In this document: piece by piece, positions 1 to 9,165 of the stretch
How positions within the stretch are numbered: the stretch's first letter is position 1
Layout of the letters: each line of letters starts with the position of its first letter
Origin: Nitrososphaerota archaeon
GTDB taxonomy: Archaea; Thermoproteota; EX4484-205; JAAOZP01
Direction of reading: 5' to 3'
NCBI GenBank assembly: GCA_011605725.1
Contig: JAAOZP010000011.1
Location: 96,001-160,000, forward strand
Length of the DNA stretch: 64,000 nucleotides
Notes under the pieces: model-generated
What the model saw: the letters and a program-made list of their open reading frames with translations, nothing else
Told to the model about the DNA's origin: nothing
Database searches by the model: none
Position numbers and translations under genes: made by a program

Positions 1-1
1 C

Positions 2-283
2 TTCGCCTTCGGAGAGGCAATTCTAAACGGGGAGGATGCAATCGTCTCGCTGCACAGGCTTAGGCCAGAGTTCTACGGGGAGCCTCCTAACAGGAGGCTT
101 TTCGAGGCGAGGGTTCTAAAGGAGGCTGTTCACGAGCTCGGCCACACCTTCGGCCTAACACACTGCGTGAACCCTGAGTGCGTGATGAGCTTCAGCAACT
201 CCATAATAGACGTTGACTTTAAGAAGGCTCAGCCATGCTTAAAATGCCAGGTTAAACTCTTCAAGGTTTTCAGAAACATTTAA
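2..283 (+). CDS. amzA: Archaemetzincin Zn-metalloprotease (M54), 3' part only
   Basis: Manual translation, not in the ORF track: ...LKEAVHELGHTFGLTHCVNPECVMSFSNSIIDVDFKKAQPCLKC; HExxHxxGxxH plus the Cys cluster of archaemetzincins; TAA at 281-283. Confidence 0.92.
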   Translation, partial: FAFGEAILNGEDAIVSLHRLRPEFYGEPPNRRLFEARVLKEAVHELGHTFGLTHCVNPECVMSFSNSIIDVDFKKAQPCLKCQVKLFKVFRNI

Positions 284-310
284 TAGCGCGTGCACTACAG
301 GAACACGCAG

Positions 311-1525
311 ATGGGGAGGGTTTCCACCTATATTTGTGGAGACGCCGGCCCAGGAGACAAGTATAACCCTTTTAAAGTAACTCAGCAAGAACATGTGCCA
401 GAAATCCTGTTCCTGTTAAACCTTGAGCCTCTTACAGTAGATGAGCTTTCAAAAAGGCTGGGCGTAAGCGTTGAGACCGTAAGCAAACTGCTTCAAGACC
501 TCTTTAGGATTAACGCCGTTTTCGAGAGGGATGAGAAATGGCAAGTCTCATTCCCAATCTTTACTAAACAGGATATTCGCCTTGTATCTGAGAAAACAAG
601 GAAACCCGCTTTGAGGCTTGCCGAAGAGATAATGAGGATGGGGTCTAGGCTAAAGGAACATTTAGCTAGGCTTTCCTGTGCTAAGCAAGTTGAAAACGAT
701 AAGATAATGCTGGCTATTGTGGGCTGCTTCATCCTCGACTGGAAAGCCCTGGAAGTCCTGAACGAGAAGGACCTGACACTCTGTGGCAGGAAACAGCAAC
801 CAGGCGGCCGTAAATACGTCTTGTTAGGGAGGGAAGAGGGTGCGGGAGAGGGCCTTTACGATAGGATGTATTGGGGTAGCCATAGTAATAAATTCGGCAG
901 AATTATCTTCACAAGCTTCGGCGACCACACTGGTTGCCGATACGCCTTCCCAGACTTAGCATGGAATCTCTACGCGTTGACAAGAAGGAGGGAAAGCAGG
1001 ATGCCCGACTGGTTCTGGGTTAGGATAACGGAGACGCTTAACGTTTTCCAGACAAACTGTATGCTTGAACTCGGAAGAATTCTTTTACTTCTAAATAGTG
1101 AAGGACCAGTGAGCACTTCACTCTTGAGGGAGAAACTTATGATGGAGAGGGAGCAGGCCGAGAGCCTAGTCAAATTGTTGGCTAGCATGAAATACGTCTT
1201 TCTCAATGGAGAGAAAGTAAGGCTGAACTATCCTGTTTTCACAGCTGAGGATAAGAGGGTTATCGAGGATGTTTGGAAAACCGTGTCCGGTATAGTTGAG
1301 AAGGAGGCTTGCGAATACTTTAACTCTCTACAAACCGAGTTGGCCGAAATAACTCCAATCCGCAAGGGAATCGACCCGAGGGAGATCTACACAGATGTGT
1401 GGCACTGGGTCTTCGGATGTGCTAACCGGATCATGGCTGAGAGGGGATTCTTCTTCGACCCGCCTAAAGAAAGAGAGGGTGAGGGAAGGTATATCGCTTG
1501 GATAGAGGAGGATGCATCTCACTAG
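311..1525 (+). CDS. Hypothetical protein with two winged-HTH-like segments (putative regulator)
   Basis: PLTVDELSKRLGVSVETVSKLL..FPIFT and PVSTSLLREKL..AESLVKLL..YPVFT; ATG 311 preferred over GTG 290. Confidence 0.55.
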   Translation: MGRVSTYICGDAGPGDKYNPFKVTQQEHVPEILFLLNLEPLTVDELSKRLGVSVETVSKLLQDLFRINAVFERDEKWQVSFPIFTKQDIRLVSEKTRKPALRLAEEIMRMGSRLKEHLARLSCAKQVENDKIMLAIVGCFILDWKALEVLNEKDLTLCGRKQQPGGRKYVLLGREEGAGEGLYDRMYWGSHSNKFGRIIFTSFGDHTGCRYAFPDLAWNLYALTRRRESRMPDWFWVRITETLNVFQTNCMLELGRILLLLNSEGPVSTSLLREKLMMEREQAESLVKLLASMKYVFLNGEKVRLNYPVFTAEDKRVIEDVWKTVSGIVEKEACEYFNSLQTELAEITPIRKGIDPREIYTDVWHWVFGCANRIMAERGFFFDPPKEREGEGRYIAWIEEDASH

Positions 1526-2124
1526 CTTGAAAGAGATTTCCATGCTTGTTGTTGCCGAGTAATCCGGCTAAGGGCTTCATCATACTTTCCCCTGTATGCT
1601 TGAACGAGAAAATAAGTCGATAGCGCTATCCAGGGTATTGGCCAAGCCATGAAAAGCGCTATGAGAATCGCTTGGGTAACAATGTCCGGAGGAGGCTCAG
1701 CGCTTAAAAACACGAATGAGAAAAATAGCCCCCAAGAGAGCAAGAGCGTTAGGAGAGCTGAGAAAAGCATTATCCTCCGCCTAACCCTGAACTGCACGAT
1801 TAAAACCCCTAGGAAGTAATGGATCGAGGTTAACAGCAGGCTGCTGAGGAGCAGTATGCTGCTTAAAGTAGGACGCCCCAAGCATAGTCCTAGGGAAACA
1901 AGGGGAAACACTATGCTAACCCCTACGTACCAGGATGACAACATATACCCTCCATAAGGAAACCAGTAGCCTTTGTAAAGATTGCTAGACCTTCTTATAA
2001 TCCGTTTCTCAAACTCGGTGTAGCGGATGGTAGAACTTTTCTCAGGCTCCTCGTTCCCCCACATCCGAGAAGAAGATACTGTGCAGCTTAAAAATTTTTC
2101 CAAGTTAGCATACACTATAGGCAT
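1522..2124 (-). CDS. Hypothetical membrane protein (about 4 TM helices)
   Basis: Four long hydrophobic stretches; the real start may be ATG 2064. Confidence 0.55.
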   Translation of the reverse strand: MPIVYANLEKFLSCTVSSSRMWGNEEPEKSSTIRYTEFEKRIIRRSSNLYKGYWFPYGGYMLSSWYVGVSIVFPLVSLGLCLGRPTLSSILLLSSLLLTSIHYFLGVLIVQFRVRRRIMLFSALLTLLLSWGLFFSFVFLSAEPPPDIVTQAILIALFMAWPIPWIALSTYFLVQAYRGKYDEALSRITRQQQAWKSLSS

Positions 2125-2510
2125 TCTAAAGGCTCTTTTCTTTTCACGTCCAAGTTGTCGAAATGTTTATCGTAGCTCACTATTGCCTCGGCCCCCAGTT
2201 TTTTAGCCAGATAGTATTGGATAGCGTCATCGAAATCAAGATTTATTTTATTCATAAGCATGGAAGCAGCCATCTCGTCCTCAATGCTTGTCTCATACAC
2301 GTTAAGCCCCAGCGAGCCTTGAACGTTTCTCAGGAAAGCAAGGATCAGCTCAGAGTTGTTGAGGATGGCTTCGATAGCGTGAATCGTGAATCTGGAGACA
2401 ACTGCTCTAAGCTCCCCGTCGGAGATTTTCTGCAGGAATTTTTCGCATTCCTCGGCCTTCTCCTGCCCGAGGAACAGTTCGAGAAAAATGTTAGTGTCCA
2501 CCAGAAGCAT
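2115..2510 (-). CDS. vapC: PIN-domain toxin (VapC family)
   Basis: LVDTNIFLE, LDFDDAIQY and IVSYDKHFD PIN motifs; 131 aa. Confidence 0.92.
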   Translation of the reverse strand: MLLVDTNIFLELFLGQEKAEECEKFLQKISDGELRAVVSRFTIHAIEAILNNSELILAFLRNVQGSLGLNVYETSIEDEMAASMLMNKINLDFDDAIQYYLAKKLGAEAIVSYDKHFDNLDVKRKEPLECL

Positions 2511-2741
2511 TTAGTCCATGTTCCTCCAAGCCTTATGCTGAAGTTCTACTGATGTGGATTCTGACCTTATGCAACCCCTCAAAACTTTCCAGTCAACGTT
2601 GCTGGAAGAGATGAAACGTTTCATCGCATCCTCGAGAGCTGCTTTTACCGCACCCTTTTTGTAACCGTAGGTTTCCATAGCCTTTTTCCTGAATTTTTTG
2701 GCTAAGGCCTCTGGTATCTCGGCTTTGATAACTTCGGACAT
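2511..2741 (-). CDS. Cognate antitoxin (ribbon-helix-helix-like)
   Basis: 76 aa, abuts the vapC start; N-terminal strand-helix-helix pattern; C-terminal SVELQH typical of archaeal VapB. Confidence 0.75.
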   Translation of the reverse strand: MSEVIKAEIPEALAKKFRKKAMETYGYKKGAVKAALEDAMKRFISSSNVDWKVLRGCIRSESTSVELQHKAWRNMD

Positions 2742-2999
2742 AAGTACATATGGTAAATAAGTCTCTTATAAACTTTTTATGCTGATAGTAAAATCCCTTC
2801 AAATCCGTAGAGCATGCTATAACCCTGTGTTCAAATGAAGCGTACGCAGATAATCTTTAGGCTAAATTTAGGCCCGTAGTCTCTGGAGAGCCATGCCTGG
2901 TGTATCAAGCCCCGCTTCTAGCCAAGCGTTAATCCGGGGTAAGAGCTCGAAGCCAGCTTACACGATAAAAGAGTTTTTAAACTCCAGGGTTTTAAGAGG

Positions 3000-3917
3000 T
3001 TGATGATGAAGATACTGATTACTGGTGGAGCAGGGTTTATAGGTCACAACCTCGCTATCCGTCTAAAGAATAACGGTTTTGAAGTCAGTGTTTTGGACTC
3101 TCTTGAGAGGTCAACCGGGTTCGCTTTTGAAAGACTGAAGGAGGAAAACATCCCGGTAGTCAGAGCAGGAGTGGAAAACACGGACGTTGTTAAGAATGCT
3201 TTGAAGGGTGTTGACGCTGTTGTTCACGCCGCGGCCTATACGGATGTTGCGGAGTCGATGGAGAACCCTGTGCTCTACCTGGATAACAATGCTCTGGGAA
3301 CAGCACTGGTTGCAGAGGCTTCTTTAAAAACAGGGGTTAAGCTACTCATATACTTGAGCTCGGCGGCTGTCTACGGGGATCCCGTCAGGCTACCCATAGA
3401 TGAGAACCATCCAACCAACCCATTGTCCCCATACGGTTTGAGCAAGCTTATGGGCGAGGATGTTGTCAGGTTTTTCTCGAGGCTTGGACTTAATTATATT
3501 GTCCTCAGGCTTTTCAACGTTTACGGTCCCGGTCAGAATGCTGCATATGCTGGCGTAATAACGAGGTTCATGGAAAGAGTGCGCAAAGGGCTTCCTCCAG
3601 TAGTCTACGGGGATGGCGAGCAGACGCGTGACTTTATTCATGTCGAAGATGTTTCTCAGGCTGTTGAGCTCGCTGTTTCAGCACAATGTTTAAACCAAGT
3701 TTTCAACATAGGTGCAGGTAAACCCGTGAGGATCAGGGACCTCGCCATCCTGGTCATGAGGCTCCACGGGGTTTATGGCGAGCCTGTTTACGCTGAGAAG
3801 AGGCCGGGTGACATAAAGCATAGTTACGCGGATGTTTCCAAGGCGATGAGCCTTCTGGGGTTCAAGCCGAGGATAGGGCTGGATGAAGGGTTGAAGAAGC
3901 TTATGCAGGAGCCTTGA
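3000..3917 (+). CDS. NAD-dependent nucleotide-sugar epimerase/dehydratase (UDP-glucose 4-epimerase-like)
   Basis: TGGAGFIG, SSAAVYG, YGLSK, RLFNVYGP, GDGEQTRDF. Confidence 0.92.
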   Translation: MMMKILITGGAGFIGHNLAIRLKNNGFEVSVLDSLERSTGFAFERLKEENIPVVRAGVENTDVVKNALKGVDAVVHAAAYTDVAESMENPVLYLDNNALGTALVAEASLKTGVKLLIYLSSAAVYGDPVRLPIDENHPTNPLSPYGLSKLMGEDVVRFFSRLGLNYIVLRLFNVYGPGQNAAYAGVITRFMERVRKGLPPVVYGDGEQTRDFIHVEDVSQAVELAVSAQCLNQVFNIGAGKPVRIRDLAILVMRLHGVYGEPVYAEKRPGDIKHSYADVSKAMSLLGFKPRIGLDEGLKKLMQEP

Positions 3918-3991
3918 AGCTTCCGAAGCGTTTGAAGGCGCTTCTGCTTTTCAGCTTAAAATTTTAAAAACCCGGTTTCTCCTGAAACCTC

Positions 3992-5791
3992 ATGGGCCCG
4001 GCTGCTCGCACCGCAGCCTGTTTAACGCTGCTAGCCTGTTTAACACTGATGGTGGTAAAGGTTTATCCTGAGAAGACTCTTCAGACGAGCCTGCAGATAA
4101 TCGGTGGAGAGGATGACTACGTGGTTTTCAACGACCTGGTTGTTCTCGGCAACGCTGTCTACATCGGAGGCTGCTCAGGAAGCTTTGAAAACCATGTTTG
4201 GACGGTTTGGAAGATTAGTTTAGACGGCAAGCTGGTTTCATACGTTAGCGGGGAAAAAGGCTATGTTATGAGCATTGCTTCCGACGGCTTAAGAATATAT
4301 GTTGCAGGCCTACTGGAGCATGATGATTTTCCGAAGACGACAGGCTTCTTAGCAGCGTTTAACATGGATCTTGAAAAAACATGGGTGAAAGAATGGGTAG
4401 GGTCATCCCTTTTCAGCCATTTCGAAAGCATCGTTGCGCAGGATGGTGTGATCTATGTTGCCGGGGAGGCTCAATACTTTGGCGAGCGGGCTACTGACGT
4501 TGTCCTCCATAAATATAATGCTGATGGTTCACTCCTCTGGGAGAAAACTTTCGTTGAAGCCGGGTATCAGAAAGCGGATTCGATGGCTATGCGAAATGGG
4601 AAAATATTCATCGTGGGCACTACTACCCAATACGGTTCAAGCGTGAACGTGGACGGGCTGCTACTGGTGGTTGACGAGAATGGGAGCAAGGTTAACCGTG
4701 TCGGCTGGGACGGTGGGAAACGCGACTTCTTCTCAAGCGTCAAAGTGTGGGATGGAGTATACGTTTGCGGATACACGGATTCTTACGGCGAGGGGAACCT
4801 GGATGGGCTACTGCTTAAAATAGACTTTTCCGGCACGGTTTTATGGTGGAGAACATTCGGAGGACCTGGTGACGATTCTCTCGTAAGCCTCTGCATAGAT
4901 AACGGGAAGATACATGCGGTTGGCCACGTGACTAGCACCGTAGGGATGCTGCCCTTATACTTGCAGTACGGGTTAAACGGAACTCTTATCGGCAACTGGA
5001 CGCTTTCAATAGACTTACTATCATCCTGGACAGGGGTTTACCCTGCTGACGGCGTTATCCACATGGTTGGGAATAACGTGAGAAGCCTGTTTCGGAACAG
5101 AGGCATCTACGCTAAGTATGTAACATTCTACAGGTTAACCGTGAACTTTCCGGATGATGGTTTCTGGGCTTCTTTAGACGGTGAAAACAAGACTGGGAGA
5201 AGCGTCAGCTTTGAGGCCACTGGTGTGGAGCACAGGCTTGAAGCATCCCTTTACAAGACTATTGGGGAAACCAGAATGGCTTTCAGCATGTGGAGCGACG
5301 GTGCTGCCGATAATCCCCGCTTTATAAGGTTGAACAAGGATATTGCTCTCGAAGCCTTCTACAGGGTTGAGCATCATGTGGATGTGTCGAGCGAGCTTGG
5401 AGAAGCCTCTGGAGAAGGATGGTATGCCGAGGGCTCTACTGCAACAGTAACAGTAACGCCCAGCGTAATTCCTAAGGATTTTTTCACAAACCATGTTTTC
5501 GACGGATGGGTTGAGAACGGGAGGAAGGTATCGTCTTCAGCCGTTTACTCGTTCATCGTTACGAAGCCTGTTCGCCTCAAAGCAAGCTGGAGAACAGAGC
5601 CGAACCCAGTCATGCTAATCTTTATAGGACTAATAGCGGTTCTTCTCGCTGTTGCTTTTCTGCTGGCTTTTTTGACAAGTAGGAGGAGGAGAGTACCTAT
5701 CCCGCCTCCGCCACCTCCCCCACCAGATGCGCATTCGATAGGGTTCACATGGCTTGAAGCGCGCGCTCACAGGTGGCTAAAGCATGTTTAG
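3992..5791 (+). CDS. Membrane-anchored surface protein: beta-propeller, InlB-B-like repeats, TM helix and poly-Pro tail
   Basis: Signal-like N-terminus; YVAG/YVCG blade repeats; GEGWYAEG module; TM helix then RRRR and PPPPPPPP. Confidence 0.7.
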   Translation: MGPAARTAACLTLLACLTLMVVKVYPEKTLQTSLQIIGGEDDYVVFNDLVVLGNAVYIGGCSGSFENHVWTVWKISLDGKLVSYVSGEKGYVMSIASDGLRIYVAGLLEHDDFPKTTGFLAAFNMDLEKTWVKEWVGSSLFSHFESIVAQDGVIYVAGEAQYFGERATDVVLHKYNADGSLLWEKTFVEAGYQKADSMAMRNGKIFIVGTTTQYGSSVNVDGLLLVVDENGSKVNRVGWDGGKRDFFSSVKVWDGVYVCGYTDSYGEGNLDGLLLKIDFSGTVLWWRTFGGPGDDSLVSLCIDNGKIHAVGHVTSTVGMLPLYLQYGLNGTLIGNWTLSIDLLSSWTGVYPADGVIHMVGNNVRSLFRNRGIYAKYVTFYRLTVNFPDDGFWASLDGENKTGRSVSFEATGVEHRLEASLYKTIGETRMAFSMWSDGAADNPRFIRLNKDIALEAFYRVEHHVDVSSELGEASGEGWYAEGSTATVTVTPSVIPKDFFTNHVFDGWVENGRKVSSSAVYSFIVTKPVRLKASWRTEPNPVMLIFIGLIAVLLAVAFLLAFLTSRRRRVPIPPPPPPPPDAHSIGFTWLEARAHRWLKHV

Positions 5792-5896
5792 AGAGCAGGG
5801 TTGACGCTGCTGTACTATTTCTCTACGGCTCCACGCCGCCTGGAGTCTTGAAAAACACCAGTCTCAGGCTTTTTTTTAAAAAACTCGTGTAAACTC

Positions 5897-6274
5897 CTAT
5901 TCTATACCCCATTTAGCGGTGACTTTCATCATCAGGAAGATTACGAAGGCCACGGTCAGGAAAGTTATCAACGTTCCTGCGAAATGTCCTATTCTGAAGG
6001 GACCAGCCGTAATCTGCTCCCATGCAACGTCAGGCGTGGCAAACTCGATAATCGGCATTATCAGGTCGTTGACAAGTGCCTGCACTAATGCTCCGAGATA
6101 TAGGCCGAGTATGAAGGCGACAGCCATCCCCATAATCTTGTATTTCGAGATGAAGGCTTTAAACTCCTGCAGTAATCCTTTCGGCGCTGGCGGCGCGGGA
6201 GGAGCCGGTTTAGGCTCTAAAAGCTGTCTAATCTTCCTCAACTCCTCCACTATCTCATCCTCTCTAGACGTCAT
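5897..6274 (-). CDS. mscL: Large-conductance mechanosensitive channel MscL
   Basis: EFKAFI..MAVAFILG..LVQALVNDLIMP, GHF..LITFL..AFVIF. Confidence 0.9.
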   Translation of the reverse strand: MTSREDEIVEELRKIRQLLEPKPAPPAPPAPKGLLQEFKAFISKYKIMGMAVAFILGLYLGALVQALVNDLIMPIIEFATPDVAWEQITAGPFRIGHFAGTLITFLTVAFVIFLMMKVTAKWGIE

Positions 6275-6375
6275 ACAGCATTATTGACTATTAAGAGTCC
6301 ATATAAGAATTTCCCGGGGATTATGGTTAAAGACGTTGAAACGCTTAAAAACAGATTCGGAGCCATGGTGACGGG

Positions 6376-7044
6376 TTGAAGATTGACCTGCATGTTCACA
6401 CTGTCTACTCAGATGGAAACGGAACTGTCAGGCAGGTTCTTGAGACTGCTAAAGCAAAGGGCTTAGACGGCTTAGCCATAACTGACCACGCTACTCTCCA
6501 AGGCTATTTTGAAGCTAAGAAATATTGTGGGGAAATACTTGTCCTACCGGGGTTTGAACTGAGCACGGATGCTGGCCACGTGCTGGTCATAGGCCTTGAA
6601 CATCTTCCACCTAGCAAGGATCGTTTAAACTACGAGTGGCTCGTTGAATGGGCTAGGGGTGAGGGTGGGTTAACTATTCTGGCTCATCCTGCTTTAAACA
6701 TAGGTAAGCTGGGAAGATGGGTTGATTGCAAAACTGATGCTGTTGAGGCTCTGAACGCTTCCTACCCTTTAAGCTTCTTCGTGAACAGGGGAGTGAAGAT
6801 CGCTAGTCGCCTTGGCATCCCAACAGTCGGAGGCAGCGACGCCCATTTTTCCATAAGCGTCGGAGACGCGCACACGGTTGTTGAAGCAGACAGCTTATGC
6901 TTCGAAGGTTTTTCAAGAGCTATTAGAAAAGGAAAAGTTGCTTTCGACGGCAGGCTTTCGCCATTCTCCTCCAGGGTAAGAATAGGGTTTAGATACTTGG
7001 CTTCGAGAACGTTTTTTAAAACCCTTTTTGAAAACAATCCTTAA
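6376..7044 (+). CDS. PHP-domain metal-dependent phosphoesterase
   Basis: DLHVHT..SDG, AITDH, AHP, GGSDAH. Confidence 0.9.
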   Translation: MKIDLHVHTVYSDGNGTVRQVLETAKAKGLDGLAITDHATLQGYFEAKKYCGEILVLPGFELSTDAGHVLVIGLEHLPPSKDRLNYEWLVEWARGEGGLTILAHPALNIGKLGRWVDCKTDAVEALNASYPLSFFVNRGVKIASRLGIPTVGGSDAHFSISVGDAHTVVEADSLCFEGFSRAIRKGKVAFDGRLSPFSSRVRIGFRYLASRTFFKTLFENNP

Positions 7045-7106
7045 CCGTATTTTCGCATTGGTTAATGCTTAATATGCTTCAGCAAGCTCTAATATGGAGC
7101 GTGACG

Positions 7107-8702
7107 ATGAAGGGTTTCGCCCTGGTTAACGGATGCATATATGTTTCGTTCAAGCCTACTTTAAGAGTTGAAGCTGCCCTTATACTTGGGAACAGGGTTG
7201 CACACGTGGGGAGTGAAACCGAGGTTCTGAGCAGGTCTAGGATGCTTGGGCTTGATACTTTAGACCTGAGGGGGAAGATTGTTCTCCCAGGCTTCATAGA
7301 TGCACACATGCATCTTGACTCTCTAGGTTCCTTTTTAAACAATCTTGACCTCAGGGGGGTTAGAAGCATAAGGGAGCTTAAGACTAGGCTTAGAAACTAT
7401 GCTGAAAAATGTGTAGCGCATTGGATCTTGGGGCGGGGCTGGGATCAGGAAATGCTGGAGGAAAAGCGCTACCCAACTAGGTGGGATGTTGACGAGGCTG
7501 TGGATGACAAGCCTGTGGTTCTCAACAGGATATGCGGCCATGTTGCAGTGGTTAACTCTAAGGCTCTCGAGTTAACAGGATTGATAGGGGGAGGAGTAAC
7601 CGGTGTTTTGAAGGATGAGGCTGGTTCTCCAACCGGGGTCTTGGTTGGAGAAGCCTTGGAGATTGTCAGAAGCATGGTTGAAGAGCAGACGGGTTTCGAA
7701 GAGCGGAGAAAACGCTTGACGGATGCGCTTCTATACTCTGCTTCACAAGGCGTGACCACGGTAGGCTTCGTATCCTGTAGTCAAGAGAGCTTCAACACTC
7801 TAAGGGAGCTTGAGGCTGAGCTTGGACGCTTACCGGTTAGAGTAAGAGTATATTTGAATCCTATGGAGGCGAGGGGAAGGAGGTTTCAAGCTTTTAAACA
7901 TTTTTCACCATTCTTAAGGATTAACGGTTTCAAGCTTTTCGCCGACGGGTCCCTCGGGGCTAGGAGCGCGCTGCTTTCAAAACCGTACTCTGATTCTCCA
8001 GAAACCTCTGGCTGTGCAAGCATGGATGAGGCTTCGCTACGAATAATCGTTGAAGAAGCATGTGAAACAGGCATGCAAATTGTTGTTCACGCGATAGGCG
8101 ATAAGGCTGTGGAGAACACTCTTAATGCTTTTGAAGCAGTTGCCGAGTGCTCCAGGCGTCTGAGGCATCGGATTGACCATGCTTCAGTCTTGAGAAGCGA
8201 CCTTATAGAGAGGATGAGGAGGACAGGCGTAACAGTTGTTGTCCAGCCCCATTTCGTGATGACTGACTGGTGGGTTGTTAACAGGGTGGGAAGTGAAAGA
8301 GCAAGGTTTGTCTATCCTTTCAAGACCTTGGCTGAAAACGTTAAGCTTGGTTTAAGCACCGATTCTCCCGTGGAACCCCTAAACCCTTGGGAGACGGTTT
8401 ATGCTGCAATTACAAGAGGCAAGCATGAGGAGATTCCTCTCTACCAGCATACTGTCGACGAATGTTTAACGCTGGAGGATGCCCTCCACCTGTATACAGA
8501 GGGCTCTGCCTACGCTTTGCTTGAGGAGGGTGAATTGGGTTCTTTGAGGGAAGGCATGTTGGCTGACTTGATAATTGTTGATGAAGACCCTTTTAATGTT
8601 CCGCCGGAAGAGGTTAAGAAAATAAGGGTTCTTGCTACATTCGTCGACGGCTGCTGCGTGTTTAACGCTGGGGGCCTGAATCAGAAGGCTTTGAGGGAAT
8701 GA
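7107..8702 (+). CDS. Amidohydrolase (YtcJ/Amidohydro_3 family)
   Basis: PGFIDAHMH, KLFADGSLG, HAIGD, RIDHA, STDSP, GMLADLI; start refined from 7065. Confidence 0.9.
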   Translation: MKGFALVNGCIYVSFKPTLRVEAALILGNRVAHVGSETEVLSRSRMLGLDTLDLRGKIVLPGFIDAHMHLDSLGSFLNNLDLRGVRSIRELKTRLRNYAEKCVAHWILGRGWDQEMLEEKRYPTRWDVDEAVDDKPVVLNRICGHVAVVNSKALELTGLIGGGVTGVLKDEAGSPTGVLVGEALEIVRSMVEEQTGFEERRKRLTDALLYSASQGVTTVGFVSCSQESFNTLRELEAELGRLPVRVRVYLNPMEARGRRFQAFKHFSPFLRINGFKLFADGSLGARSALLSKPYSDSPETSGCASMDEASLRIIVEEACETGMQIVVHAIGDKAVENTLNAFEAVAECSRRLRHRIDHASVLRSDLIERMRRTGVTVVVQPHFVMTDWWVVNRVGSERARFVYPFKTLAENVKLGLSTDSPVEPLNPWETVYAAITRGKHEEIPLYQHTVDECLTLEDALHLYTEGSAYALLEEGELGSLREGMLADLIIVDEDPFNVPPEEVKKIRVLATFVDGCCVFNAGGLNQKALRE

Positions 8703-8811
8703 GTTTGGAAAAGCTTTGAACATTTTTAAAAAAAAATCGTTTAGTTAGGCATGAGCGAAAATTTTTTAAGAAAACCGTGGTGAACAATGTTAAACTTAAG
8801 GAAGGTTTAAA

Positions 8812-8829
8812 AAACACCTTATGGTGTTT
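8812..8829. promoter_or_regulatory. Palindromic operator-like site just downstream of a TATA box
   Basis: AAACACC-ttat-GGTGTTT after tttaaa, 18 nt before the ATG at 8847. Confidence 0.45.
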
Positions 8830-8846
8830 CAACGTGTGAGATACTG

Positions 8847-9098
8847 ATGAAACTGGTACAAGTGAAAATCTACAGGGGGGAAAGATACTATATTGCTGAA
8901 TGCGTTGATCTCCCACTATTTACTTACGGTAGGACTTTAGACGAGGTTGTCGAGAAAATGAGGGAGGCAGTGACCCCGCGCTTGAAAAACGATGGCTTGA
9001 ATGAGTGGGAGATGCCCCCTGACTTTTCAATACTGTTGAACCTGGAAATTCCATCTCCGGTTGAGAAACGGAGCACTGACCAGGCTCGGTTCAGCTAA
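8847..9098 (+). CDS. HicB-like (UPF0150) antitoxin, orphan
   Basis: YYIAECVDLPLFTYGRTLDEVVEKMREAV; no hicA adjacent. Confidence 0.8.
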   Translation: MKLVQVKIYRGERYYIAECVDLPLFTYGRTLDEVVEKMREAVTPRLKNDGLNEWEMPPDFSILLNLEIPSPVEKRSTDQARFS

Positions 9099-9165
9099 AC
9101 TACCCGGGGATTTGGCTGTTTAAAAGTTTCCGATAAAACTATTTAAGGTTTTAAGAGTGTGATGC

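Noticed and set aside
2742-2999. Possible sRNA or gene remnant in the spacer
   Set aside because: No C/D box pair, tRNA fold or recognisable translated motif found
5919-6287. 122-aa + strand ORF
   Set aside because: Antisense shadow of mscL with no motifs
9128-9165. BRE/TATA-like sequence pointing antisense into the nucleotidyltransferase gene
   Set aside because: Only a very short ORF follows; AT-rich terminator regions mimic promoters; unsupported without transcript data
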